A stretch of DNA of 64,000 nucleotides from Candidatus Limimorpha avicola (GTDB taxonomy: Bacteria; Bacteroidota; Bacteroidia; Bacteroidales; F082), in contig DZDN01000058.1 in assembly GCA_020907925.1 (NCBI GenBank), positions 1,574 through 65,573 of the forward strand, written 5' to 3'. Positions 20,982 through 30,566 of this stretch are shown piece after piece. The position numbers were made by a program, and so were the translations under genes. Within the stretch, counting starts at the first letter, position 1, and each line of letters opens with the position of its first letter. The notes beneath the pieces were generated by a model. It was given only the letters and a program-made list of their open reading frames with translations, made no database searches and was not told where the DNA came from.

Positions 20982-22190
20982 ATGGAAAACATTATTTTGT
21001 CTGAAAGAGTCAACAACATGGCTGAATCAGCCACTTTAAAAATGACTCAAAAAAGTCGCGAGTTAAAAGCACAAGGCATAGATATCATATCATTGAGTAT
21101 TGGCGAGCCTGACTTCAACACACCGGAGAGTGTGAAACAAGCCGGCATCAAAGCCATTGAGAACAACGACACACACTATCCTCCAGTTCCGGGAGTACCG
21201 GCACTGCGTAAAGCCATAGCCGAAAAACTCAGACGTGATAACGGTCTCGACTACAAAGACACAGATATTATAATATCCAATGGAGCCAAACAAGCTATCA
21301 CCAATGTATTTTTAGCCATCATCAACAAGGGCGACGAAGTCATCATCCCTGCTCCATATTGGGTATCTTATCCTGAGATGGTGAAACTTGCCGATGGCAC
21401 ACCTGTATTTATCAATACCACAGCAGACCAAAACTTCAAGATCAATGCAAAACAATTGGAGGCTGCCATAACTCCCAAGACTAAAGCTTTCATATTCAGC
21501 ACCCCTTGCAACCCAAGCGGTTCTGTTTATACTAAAGAAGAACTTGCATCATTGGTAGAAGTATTCAAAAAATATCCAAACATCATCGTCATCTCCGATG
21601 AGATTTACGAATACATACAATACGAGCACAAACATGAAAGCATGGGACAATTCACAGAACTCAAATCACGTCTCGTCATTGTCAACGGTGTCGCCAAAGG
21701 CTATGCCATGACCGGTTGGCGTGTAGGTTATATCGCAGCACCTCAACAGATAGTATCAGCATGCAACAAGATTCAAGGACAATATACTTCAGGTATATGC
21801 ACCATATCACAGGCTGCCTCATTGGAAGCCATGCAGTTGTGTCCTGACAATTCTCCGGAAATTCAAAATATGCTGAAAGCTTTTCGCAACAGAAGAGATA
21901 TGTTATTCAAACTGTTGACCGAAATACCCGGCATACGTCTCAACATGCCGGCAGGTGCTTTCTATATGTTCCCCGAAGTAAAATCATACTATGGCAAAAG
22001 CGATGGGGAAACTGTGATAAAAGACAGTCAGGATTTATGCATGTATCTGTTATACAATGCTCATGTAGCTTGTGTCGCCGGCAGTGCCTTCGGTTGCGAC
22101 GAATGTATCCGTTTGTCTTATGCCACTTCGGAAGACAAACTCCGTGAAGCCATGAGACGTATAAAAGAAGCATTGAGCAAACTTAAATAA
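20982..22190 (+). CDS. PLP-dependent aspartate/aromatic aminotransferase (class I)
   Basis: Class I pattern SIGEPDF, a PAPYW.SY region, the SVAKGYAMTGWRVGY lysine region, and IRLSYA near the C-terminus. Confidence 0.85.
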   Translation: MENIILSERVNNMAESATLKMTQKSRELKAQGIDIISLSIGEPDFNTPESVKQAGIKAIENNDTHYPPVPGVPALRKAIAEKLRRDNGLDYKDTDIIISNGAKQAITNVFLAIINKGDEVIIPAPYWVSYPEMVKLADGTPVFINTTADQNFKINAKQLEAAITPKTKAFIFSTPCNPSGSVYTKEELASLVEVFKKYPNIIVISDEIYEYIQYEHKHESMGQFTELKSRLVIVNGVAKGYAMTGWRVGYIAAPQQIVSACNKIQGQYTSGICTISQAASLEAMQLCPDNSPEIQNMLKAFRNRRDMLFKLLTEIPGIRLNMPAGAFYMFPEVKSYYGKSDGETVIKDSQDLCMYLLYNAHVACVAGSAFGCDECIRLSYATSEDKLREAMRRIKEALSKLK

Positions 22191-22233
22191 TACAATAAAT
22201 AGTAAGAAGTCGTCAACAAATCCGAATAAAGTC

Positions 22234-23244
22234 TTGAATATCAACAAAGAACAAATAGAAACATTATTTAATTCTTTCAAAAAGAAGAGAATCATGGTTA
22301 TAGGAGATATAATGCTTGACCTTTACCTGAAAGGAAAAGTAGAACGCATATCACCTGAAGCACCTGTTCCTATAGTATCAGTAAAAGAACGTTTTTCCAG
22401 ACTTGGCGGGGCTGCCAATGTGGCGCAAAACATAAAGTCACTTGGAGCAGAACCTGTGTTATGTGCCGTCTGTGGCAATGACAGCAAAGCTGACGACTTC
22501 TTCGCTTTAATGAAAAACCATAACCTGCCTACAGCAGGCATAATACGAAGCAACGAAAGAATAACTACAACAAAATACCGCATCATTGGCAATAACACAC
22601 AGATGTTGCGTGTTGACAGCGAAGATACATTCGATCTCACCACTGAGGAATTCTCCATGATGATTCGCAATATCAAACACATCATAGAAACCGAAAGAAT
22701 AGATGGTATCATATTGCAGGACTATAATAAAGGAGTACTTACAGAATCTCTCATTGTCAATGTAATAGAATTAGCCTCAAAAAACAACATACCTGTTGCA
22801 GTAGATCCAAAGAAAAACAATTTCATGGCATACAAGAACGTTACTCTGTTCAAACCAAATCTCAAAGAATTGCGGGAAGGATTAAACGGAAATTTCTCGG
22901 ACGACACTATAGAAGGAATTTTCACCGGTGTGAAAACTCTGCAAGAGAAACTATGCTGTAAATATGTTATGGCGACATTGTCGGAAAGAGGCATACTGAT
23001 AAAAGAAAACGGCAATGAAAAATATGACTATATACCGGCATTTTTACGTAAAATAGCCGATGTATCCGGAGCCGGAGACACAGTGCTGAGCGTTGCAATG
23101 TTATGTTTAGTCTGTAAACAGGATGCTTATGTTATAGCTGCATTATCCAATTTAGCTGGAGGTCTCGTTTGTGAAGAGATAGGAGCAGTCCCCATTGACA
23201 GACAACGTCTTTTGGCAGAAACCGAGAAATTATACCTTATCTGA
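22234..23244 (+). CDS. PfkB-family sugar kinase, RfaE/HldE domain I-like (heptose-7-phosphate kinase type)
   Basis: VIGDIMLDLY..G.V.RISPEAPVP motif and a C-terminal GAGDT motif. The track start is a TTG, so the exact start is uncertain. Confidence 0.7.
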   Translation: MNINKEQIETLFNSFKKKRIMVIGDIMLDLYLKGKVERISPEAPVPIVSVKERFSRLGGAANVAQNIKSLGAEPVLCAVCGNDSKADDFFALMKNHNLPTAGIIRSNERITTTKYRIIGNNTQMLRVDSEDTFDLTTEEFSMMIRNIKHIIETERIDGIILQDYNKGVLTESLIVNVIELASKNNIPVAVDPKKNNFMAYKNVTLFKPNLKELREGLNGNFSDDTIEGIFTGVKTLQEKLCCKYVMATLSERGILIKENGNEKYDYIPAFLRKIADVSGAGDTVLSVAMLCLVCKQDAYVIAALSNLAGGLVCEEIGAVPIDRQRLLAETEKLYLI

Positions 23245-23319
23245 CTTAAGACATAATCCAAATTTGTCAACATGCAAAATAATTATGACATCTTGTCGTT
23301 TGAAATAAAAATTAAGATT

Positions 23320-24138
23320 ATGTCATTCAAAAAAATATTGACAACATTAGCTGTATTATTGTTTCTTTTTGTACAAAACGTTGAAGCACAACGCAATATA
23401 CCAAAGAACCTCCCCACATACGATGATAAACCATATCATTTTGGGTTTATTTTGGGATATAACCAGATGTTATATTCCATAAATTATGTTGACAATTATC
23501 AAAACATTGAGCATCATCCCGTTGAATGGCCGGATTGTCCGTCTCAATCAGTCACCATTTATACATATAATGCCGAACCACTCAGCAGTCATGGATTTAC
23601 AGTTGGAATAGTGGGAAATTTACGTTTGGCAAAATATTTCGACTTAAGACTTGTACCATCATTGAGTTTTGGCGAAAGAAAAATGTTATATTCATTACAT
23701 ACAACGAATGACCTTGGCAACGGAGAAATTGAACACAAAAATTACGATATAACTAAAAGCATTCACTCCACATTTGTCGAAATACCTTTACAAGTCAAAT
23801 ACAAGTCAAAAAGACTCAACAATGTGGCTGCATATCTAATAACCGGACTGAATTACAAGATAGACCTTGCTTCACAAAAGAAAAATCAGATAGAGGTCTT
23901 CAACCCTATCACCCAAGAATATACTACAAAAATCGACAACATACGGGTTAAAAGGACAGATTTAGCTGCTGAAATTGGCGCCGGATTCGATTTTTATACC
24001 GGTTATTTCAAAATGGGAATAGAAGTAAAAATGGGATATGGTCTATTCAATATCCTCGATAAAGAGAATGTGATTTACAGTTCAAGTTTCGATAAATTAC
24101 ATAACAAAACTTTCCAATTATCTCTTACTTTTGAATAA
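23320..24138 (+). CDS. Outer-membrane beta-barrel protein (PorT/OMP_b-brl_2-like)
   Basis: Signal peptide from the internal ATG (MSFKKILTTLAVLLFLF..AQ), alternating beta-strand pattern, and a C-terminal aromatic residue (TFE). Confidence 0.6.
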   Translation: MSFKKILTTLAVLLFLFVQNVEAQRNIPKNLPTYDDKPYHFGFILGYNQMLYSINYVDNYQNIEHHPVEWPDCPSQSVTIYTYNAEPLSSHGFTVGIVGNLRLAKYFDLRLVPSLSFGERKMLYSLHTTNDLGNGEIEHKNYDITKSIHSTFVEIPLQVKYKSKRLNNVAAYLITGLNYKIDLASQKKNQIEVFNPITQEYTTKIDNIRVKRTDLAAEIGAGFDFYTGYFKMGIEVKMGYGLFNILDKENVIYSSSFDKLHNKTFQLSLTFE

Positions 24139-24363
24139 TATCCCTAAACTTCACATCGACTCGACTTCAAAAGTTACTCATAATAATTAACTCACAATGA
24201 CAAAAAACTCGATTTTACATCTTAAAAACTATAATAAAGTCATATAAAAGTTATAAATATCCAACAAGTCCAAAAATAACACTTGAATATCAACGTCTTA
24301 CAATATATATCTTGAAAAACAAAAAAAAGTAAAGATTTTTCTTGGAGAAAAAGAAAAAAGTAG

Positions 24364-24371
24364 TACCTTTG
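24364..24371 (+). promoter_or_regulatory. Bacteroidota -7 promoter box TACCTTTG for tRNA-Glu
   Basis: TAnnTTTG motif 18 nt upstream of the tRNA 5' end. Confidence 0.55.
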
Positions 24372-24388
24372 CAAACACAAAACAGGAA

Positions 24389-24462
24389 GGTCTCTTCGTC
24401 TAGTCTGGTCAGGACGTCAGGTTTTCATCCTGGTAACAGGGGTTCAAATCCCCTAGAGACTA
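24389..24462 (+). tRNA. tRNA-Glu (anticodon UUC)
   Basis: A cloverleaf can be drawn by hand: acceptor GGTCTCT/AGAGACT, 3-bp D stem GTC/GAC, anticodon stem TCAGG/CCTGG with loop TTTTCAT, and T arm AGGGG-TTCAAAT-CCCCT. It is close to E. coli tRNA-Glu. CCA is not encoded. Confidence 0.9.
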
Positions 24463-24471
24463 CAATAAACC

Positions 24472-24500
24472 AAGCCACTTAGAGTCTAAGTGGCTTTTTT
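24472..24500 (+). terminator. Intrinsic terminator after tRNA-Glu
   Basis: 10-bp stem AAGCCACTTA/TAAGTGGCTT followed by a T-run. Confidence 0.75.
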
Positions 24501-24505
24501 GAGAT

Positions 24506-25150
24506 ATGGTCAATAAAAACACATCCATAAGACCACTACTGAGAAATGGATTGTTCCTGTTACTGATTGTATTGTCAATTCTGTTATCAAGGACCGCCAA
24601 TGCTCAGGAAGTTCGTTTTGGTATTAAAAGCGGACTAAGCCTTACTAAAATAAATTCCAAAGAAGACAGCGGTTTGAAGGTGGGTGCACATATATCAGGC
24701 GTAGTGTTGTATCCTATCAATAAAAGTTCTGTTTCTGCAGAGTTGCAATTCTCTACTGCAGGACAACAACTTGCAGTGTGGGAAGACGTCAATGTAAAAG
24801 AATATTACAACACTTCGTTGTTTTATATCAACATACCTGTTCTTTATCAATATTATTTCGCTAATATTTTAGGATTGGAAATTGGTCCACAATTCGGTTA
24901 CTGCCTCAGTTCATCCACAAAAATGAAAACAGGTAATTCCAATTGGATAAAACTTGAACACAACCATAGTATTTACAATCCGTTTGATTTCGGTGCCGTA
25001 TTCGGTGTATTTACCAAAGATTTATTAATGGAATCCACTAACAACTTATCCATAGGGCTCAGAATATATACAGGATTCACCAATGTCTTCAAAGACAGAG
25101 GCTCAAACAAAAATTTCGGAGTATATATCAGCTTAGGCTACATATTATAA
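24506..25150 (+). CDS. Outer-membrane beta-barrel protein (porin-family, OMP_b-brl_2-like)
   Basis: Signal peptide ending ANAQE, amphipathic beta-strands, and a C-terminal GYIL. Confidence 0.65.
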   Translation: MVNKNTSIRPLLRNGLFLLLIVLSILLSRTANAQEVRFGIKSGLSLTKINSKEDSGLKVGAHISGVVLYPINKSSVSAELQFSTAGQQLAVWEDVNVKEYYNTSLFYINIPVLYQYYFANILGLEIGPQFGYCLSSSTKMKTGNSNWIKLEHNHSIYNPFDFGAVFGVFTKDLLMESTNNLSIGLRIYTGFTNVFKDRGSNKNFGVYISLGYIL

Positions 25151-25152
25151 CT

Positions 25153-26118
25153 ATGAACCCCATATTACAAATCATAATAGGCAATCAATATAGCCCATAT
25201 CTAAATCTGTCTGTTGAAAGTTTTTTACTCGACACGGAGAAAGAAAACACCGTCACAATGTTTCTATGGAAAAACCATAAGACAGTAGTAATCGGCACCA
25301 ATCAAAATCCATATTCAGAATGTGATGTCAACACCCTGCTTGCTGAAGGAGGTCATCTTGCAAGACGCAGGACAGGCGGTGGCGCAGTATATCATGACCT
25401 CGGCAACATCAACTTCTCTTTCATTGCCGCAAAGAAACTATATGATGTCAAAAAACAAATGTCGGTAATACAAAGAGCTTTGCAATATTTCGGCTTAGAG
25501 ACTGAAATCTCCGGACGTAATGACATCACCTACCAAAACAGAAAATTCTCCGGAAATGCCTTTGCCTTTACAAAATCACAGGGATTGCATCACGGCACCA
25601 TACTTATCAGAACCGACGATGTATATATGCAAAAATACCTCAAGGTAAATCCTGCTAAACTTCAAAAACATGGAGTAAAATCTGTGACAAGCCGTATTAT
25701 CAACCTCTCGGAAGTATGTGATATTACATCCGACAACATCATACCTTATCTCATACTTTCATTCAAAGAAATATACAATAATGACGTAGTGACATTGGAT
25801 TTCAACTATTTATGTAATAATGACGTAATATCCAACAGCAAAATACTCGCAAGCGACAAATATCTATACGGCAAATGGAAAGATTTTCATACAAAAAAAA
25901 GCGCACAATATGAATGGGGATGGTTGGATATGGATATCAACATAGATGAATCGACAGGCACTATATCTCATTTAGCATTAGCATCAGACAGTCTGCAACC
26001 GGAAGCCATAAACGAAGCACAAAATCTATTGCTCAATGCAAGTACAAAAATGCCGCCACCTGTGCCTGACAGCCGGTACAAAAATATTATCGAAGATATT
26101 TTCAAACTTGTTTACTAA
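25153..26118 (+). CDS. lplA: Lipoate-protein ligase A
   Basis: LplA/LipB catalytic-domain motifs (RRTGGGAVYHDLGN, FSGNAF..HHGT). Confidence 0.85.
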   Translation: MNPILQIIIGNQYSPYLNLSVESFLLDTEKENTVTMFLWKNHKTVVIGTNQNPYSECDVNTLLAEGGHLARRRTGGGAVYHDLGNINFSFIAAKKLYDVKKQMSVIQRALQYFGLETEISGRNDITYQNRKFSGNAFAFTKSQGLHHGTILIRTDDVYMQKYLKVNPAKLQKHGVKSVTSRIINLSEVCDITSDNIIPYLILSFKEIYNNDVVTLDFNYLCNNDVISNSKILASDKYLYGKWKDFHTKKSAQYEWGWLDMDINIDESTGTISHLALASDSLQPEAINEAQNLLLNASTKMPPPVPDSRYKNIIEDIFKLVY

Positions 26119-26154
26119 GCGACTATACATAATTGCCGAATGACAAAAAAATAA

Positions 26155-26162
26155 TATCTTTG
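26155..26162 (+). promoter_or_regulatory. Bacteroidota -7 promoter box TATCTTTG
   Basis: TAnnTTTG motif 30 nt upstream of the miaB-like gene. Confidence 0.45.
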
Positions 26163-26191
26163 CAATTTAAATGCCTTAAAATATCATCAAG

Positions 26192-27574
26192 ATGAAATAT
26201 TATCTGCTTCCATTAGGCTGTCAAATGAATCAAAGCGACACCGAAAGAGTTAGAACCGTGTTGAACAAGATGGGATTTACCTCTACTGATAATGAAGAAG
26301 AAGCCTCTATCTTAGGCATCATAGCATGTTCTGTCAGACAAAAAGGCATAGACAAAGTTTATAGCAGAATTCTGAAGTGGAACGACATGAAACAGAGTCG
26401 TAACTGTATCACTTTCGTCTCAGGCTGCTTATTACCTGCCGACAGAACTCGTTTTCTCAAATTGTTTGACCTCGTATTTACCATGAACGAGTTGCCCGAG
26501 CTGCCGGACATGATACGCCAATACGGCACCAATATATACACTCCCATGATGACTGATAAGGTTGATAAAGACATTATATATATAACTACAACATTATCAG
26601 ACAGAAAACATATCATCAACCCGTCTGCAAATATGGAACGTTTTTGGGAAATACAACCGGATTACAACTCTTCTTTCGATGCTTTCATCCCTATACAAAA
26701 CGGATGCAATAAATTTTGCACATATTGCGCAGTACCTTACACAAGAGGCAGAGAAGTGTCGAGACATTCGGAAGACATCATGAAGGAATTGAAAAGTCTC
26801 GTAGAAAACGGTTATAAATCCATTACATTGCTCGGACAGAATGTCAACTCTTACGGATTGGATAAAAAAGGCGAAGAAATAAATTTTGCCGAACTGTTGC
26901 GCCGCATTGGAAAATATGGCGACAGCAGCGGCAAAGACTTCTGGGTTTACTTTACATCTCCTCACCCTCGCGACATGAGCGACGAGGTCATAGAAGTCAT
27001 TTCCCAATACAGATGTTTGGCAAAACAAATACATCTGCCTATACAATCCGGTGACAATGCCATGCTGAAACGCATGAACAGAAATCATTCCATAGATGAT
27101 TACAGACATATAATTAACTGTATCAGAACATTAATACCGGAAGCTACGATTTTCACCGACATAATAGTAGGTTTTACCGGAGAAACAGAAGAAGAATTTG
27201 AGAACTCACGTCGCGCCATGGAAGAATTCAAATATAACATGGCTTATATAGCACAATACAGCGTACGACCGGGTGCCGTTGCGTCATCTTGGGCTGACGA
27301 TGTTCCGAAAGAAATAAAACGTAAACGCTATCATATTCTTACTGATGAGCTTATGAAACATTCATTGGAATATAACAAAGGTATGATAGGCAAAACCGTT
27401 CGTGTTCTTGTAAGCGGTGAAGACAGAAAGAAAGGTTATCTCACCGGACATACAGAAGGCAAAATTGTCATACGCTTTTATTCTGAAGATAAGAGTCTTT
27501 GTGGCAGCATTGTCAATGTAAAAGTAACATCTGCCACTGCTTTGTCCATTGAAGGTGAATTGATTGTAAAATAA
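26192..27574 (+). CDS. miaB: Radical-SAM methylthiotransferase, MiaB-like (UPF0004, radical SAM and TRAM domains)
   Basis: N-terminal GCQMNQSD motif, the CNKFCTYC radical-SAM cluster, and a C-terminal TRAM domain. Confidence 0.75.
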   Translation: MKYYLLPLGCQMNQSDTERVRTVLNKMGFTSTDNEEEASILGIIACSVRQKGIDKVYSRILKWNDMKQSRNCITFVSGCLLPADRTRFLKLFDLVFTMNELPELPDMIRQYGTNIYTPMMTDKVDKDIIYITTTLSDRKHIINPSANMERFWEIQPDYNSSFDAFIPIQNGCNKFCTYCAVPYTRGREVSRHSEDIMKELKSLVENGYKSITLLGQNVNSYGLDKKGEEINFAELLRRIGKYGDSSGKDFWVYFTSPHPRDMSDEVIEVISQYRCLAKQIHLPIQSGDNAMLKRMNRNHSIDDYRHIINCIRTLIPEATIFTDIIVGFTGETEEEFENSRRAMEEFKYNMAYIAQYSVRPGAVASSWADDVPKEIKRKRYHILTDELMKHSLEYNKGMIGKTVRVLVSGEDRKKGYLTGHTEGKIVIRFYSEDKSLCGSIVNVKVTSATALSIEGELIVK

Positions 27575-27579
27575 TTGAT

Positions 27580-28866
27580 ATGTCTATGAAAATCGCGTTC
27601 AAGACATTGGGGTGCAGAGTCAATCTCTATGAAACCGATGCTTTGGCTTCGAGGTTCAAGAATGCCGGATATGAACTGGTGGATTTCAAGGATGAAGCAG
27701 ACATTTATGTCGTAAATACATGTACAGTAACAAATCAGAGTGACCAGAAATGCAGGCAGACACTGCATCAGATACGCAGCAAACACCATAACGCCCTTAT
27801 AGTGGCGACAGGGTGTATGGTAAACAATCACAAACAACAACTAACAGATTCTCAATTATTGGACTATGCCATTGATAATGAACATAAGTATGCATTGTTT
27901 GACATTATAGACGGGCATTTCAAAGACCTTAAAATAGGACCTGAGAGTTTTGAGAAAGACCTCTTCAGCTATACGGCTGCATCAGACACCTTTCATACAC
28001 GCAGCTTGATAAAAATACACGACGGCTGCAACAATTTCTGTTCATACTGCATCATTCCTTCTGTAAGAGGCAGAGCTGTCAGCCGTTCCGACAAAGATAT
28101 CTATGAAAATATCAAAGAAGTAATACGTTACGGTTTTAAAGAAATAGTTTTGACAGGCGTCAATATGGGACGATACAAACATGAAAACACTGACTTCGAG
28201 ATGCTCGTGCGTAACATTCTAGATATAGAAGGAGATTTCAGATTGAGAATATCATCTATAGAACCAGATAATTTCAGTGACAGTTTCATAGAACTGTTTA
28301 AAAACAAGAAACTCGCTCCACACATGCATATTTGTCTTCAAAGCGGGTCGGACAACATCTTACAACAAATGCACCGACATTACTCATACGAAGAGTTCGC
28401 TCTTATATGCAAAAGAATACGTAACGTCGTTCCAGATTTCAATATCACCACCGATTTGATTGTTGGCTTTCCTGGTGAAACGGAAGAAGATTTCAAAGAA
28501 AGTATGGAGGCATGTAAACAGCTATCATTCAGCCATATACATACATTCAAATATTCTGTCAGGACTGGCACCAAAGCTGCAACAATGCCGAATCAGATTC
28601 CGGAGAAAACAAAAAATGAACGCAGTGCTGCAATACGACAAATATCGGCAGAAAACAAAATCGCATATTACAAACAGATGATTGGCAAAAGACAATGCAT
28701 ACTTATCGAACGGGTTGTAAACGGCATTGCATCGGGATATGGAGAAAATTACATACCATTAAGACTAAAAACAAAAGAAATTAAAAAAAACACCTTTGCA
28801 GATGTTATTGTGAAAGATATAATAAACAAAGGTGACGAATCAGAATTATGGGCAGAGATGATTTAA
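27580..28866 (+). CDS. mtaB: Radical-SAM methylthiotransferase, MtaB-like
   Basis: GCRVNLYET N-terminal motif and CNNFCSYC cluster. It is a paralogue of the upstream gene, with only a 5-nt gap. Confidence 0.75.
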   Translation: MSMKIAFKTLGCRVNLYETDALASRFKNAGYELVDFKDEADIYVVNTCTVTNQSDQKCRQTLHQIRSKHHNALIVATGCMVNNHKQQLTDSQLLDYAIDNEHKYALFDIIDGHFKDLKIGPESFEKDLFSYTAASDTFHTRSLIKIHDGCNNFCSYCIIPSVRGRAVSRSDKDIYENIKEVIRYGFKEIVLTGVNMGRYKHENTDFEMLVRNILDIEGDFRLRISSIEPDNFSDSFIELFKNKKLAPHMHICLQSGSDNILQQMHRHYSYEEFALICKRIRNVVPDFNITTDLIVGFPGETEEDFKESMEACKQLSFSHIHTFKYSVRTGTKAATMPNQIPEKTKNERSAAIRQISAENKIAYYKQMIGKRQCILIERVVNGIASGYGENYIPLRLKTKEIKKNTFADVIVKDIINKGDESELWAEMI

Positions 28867-29046
28867 AGACAATAAACCGGAGCTTCTCTATGCAATTTGA
28901 AAAGACAAATTGAAGTAATAAATCACACATATTGTCAATTCCCAAAAATTGTGAAATAAACAACAACAAAACAACACTGATAATCAACACAATGCCTATA
29001 TGGCAATTTTTTTTTAGATTTTTGTAAATTGTATCGATAATTTTTC

Positions 29047-29054
29047 TAATTTTG
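29047..29054 (+). promoter_or_regulatory. Bacteroidota -7 promoter box TAATTTTG for rpsT
   Basis: TAnnTTTG motif 46 nt upstream of rpsT. Confidence 0.5.
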
Positions 29055-29099
29055 CAGGCTGAAAGATAAAGTTAGGAAACAAAAAGAATATTAGATATT

Positions 29100-29354
29100 A
29101 TGGCAAATCACAAATCGTCATTGAAAAGAATTCGTCAGACAGAAACAAGACGTTTACACAATCGTTTTTATGCCAGAGCAATGCGCTCAGCAATAAGAAA
29201 TTTTAGAACTTTGACTAATAAATCGGAAGCTGAAGCTCAACTTTCAAAAATGTATTCTTTGATTGACAAAACAGCTAAGCGTGGTATCATCCACAGAAAC
29301 AAAGCTGCTAACTTAAAATCAAAATTAACACGTTTTACAAGCAAGTTAGCTTAA
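29100..29354 (+). CDS. rpsT: 30S ribosomal protein S20
   Basis: MANHKSSLKRIRQ N-terminus; 84 aa, basic. Confidence 0.92.
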   Translation: MANHKSSLKRIRQTETRRLHNRFYARAMRSAIRNFRTLTNKSEAEAQLSKMYSLIDKTAKRGIIHRNKAANLKSKLTRFTSKLA

Positions 29355-29410
29355 GCGTTACATTATATTGGAACAGAATTGTTACTAATGATTTATTGAT
29401 TAGTTTAAGA

Positions 29411-29439
29411 AAAGTGTGTCATTTCGGCACACTTTTTTT
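29411..29439 (+). terminator. Intrinsic terminator after rpsT
   Basis: Stem AAAGTGTG/CACACTTT followed by a T-run. Confidence 0.7.
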
Positions 29440-29755
29440 GCTATTTTGAAAAATCTTTCTCCTTATCAAATTAAATCTTTATTTGATTTTTGCAACAAAG
29501 CCGTTGTCTTTTTTAAAAATCACGCTTTGCATAATCGACTGTATTCAATCAAATATGTACGAAAAAATTTCAGACTTTTCGTATTTGCAAAATATACAAC
29601 TGTTTTTTAATAAGATACTAATTTATTTTATTTAATAAAAAACAATATCTAAAAAATCATTTAAGTTCTTAATAAAATACACCTGAAAACAGTTAATTTG
29701 TCTTTACAAAACAACAATTTCAACATTTTCTTTTCTTTAATATCACAGACACTTA

Positions 29756-29763
29756 TAATTTTG
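29756..29763 (+). promoter_or_regulatory. Bacteroidota -7 promoter box TAATTTTG for radC
   Basis: TAnnTTTG motif 26 nt upstream of the radC ATG. Confidence 0.45.
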
Positions 29764-29788
29764 TAAACATATTATTGTAAACATATAA

Positions 29789-30484
29789 ATGAAAGGAGGT
29801 GACAAAACGCCGATCAGCAAATGGGCGATGTCGGACAGACCGCGCGAGAAACTGCTGGAAAGAGGGAAAGAAGCTCTTACCGATGCTGAACTGATTGCCA
29901 TACTTATTGGCTCGGGCAATAACAAAGAAAATGCAGTTGACCTTGCCAGAAGGATTCTCAATGACATTAACAGCGATTTGATACAACTGTCCAAACTCAA
30001 TGTCAAAGAGTTGATGAAATACAATGGCATGGGAGAGGCAAAATCCATCACCATTGTGGCAGCTTTGGAACTTGGCAGAAGACGCCGTTATGCCGAGATG
30101 CCAAAAAACAAAAGTATCAAATGCAGCAATGACGCTTTCGAGGCCATTTATCCACATCTGTCGTATATGACTCATGAAGAATTCTGGATATTATTATTGA
30201 ACAGCAGCAATATGGTGATAAAATCAGAACGTATAGGCATGGGAGGCATCAACAGTACTACCGTTGACCCGAGAATAGTATTCAAACAAACTCTCGACAA
30301 CAATGCCTCAAACATTATCTTGTGCCACAATCACCCGTCAGGTAACATAACACCAAGCGACAACGATATTCGTCTCACAAAAAAATTGGCAAAAGCCGGA
30401 GAATATTTAGACATAAAAATTTTCGATCATATCATCGTTGGTAACAATAATTATTATAGTTTTGCAGATGAAGGAATGATGTAA
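29789..30484 (+). CDS. radC: RadC-family JAB-domain protein (UPF0758)
   Basis: N-terminal HhH region (LSDAELIAILIGSG) and the JAMM motif HNHPSG. Confidence 0.88.
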   Translation: MKGGDKTPISKWAMSDRPREKLLERGKEALTDAELIAILIGSGNNKENAVDLARRILNDINSDLIQLSKLNVKELMKYNGMGEAKSITIVAALELGRRRRYAEMPKNKSIKCSNDAFEAIYPHLSYMTHEEFWILLLNSSNMVIKSERIGMGGINSTTVDPRIVFKQTLDNNASNIILCHNHPSGNITPSDNDIRLTKKLAKAGEYLDIKIFDHIIVGNNNYYSFADEGMM

Positions 30485-30566
30485 AGTCGGGAAGGACTAA
30501 AATATTGTTTTAAATTAAAAAAATTCCACTACATCACCTGTAAACTTCAAATAATTGTCATCCGAC

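Noticed and set aside
29416-29610. 64-aa ORF in the rpsT-radC spacer
   Set aside because: It starts with a non-ATG codon and overlaps the 3' arm of the rpsT terminator. I found no promoter box, and the translation is low-complexity. The 434-nt AT-rich spacer remains unexplained, but I could not support an RNA or protein gene there.
29761-29785. Direct repeat TTGTAAACATA x2 just upstream of radC
   Set aside because: It is a short 11-nt AT-rich repeat overlapping the -7 box and 5' UTR. That is too little evidence to call an operator.
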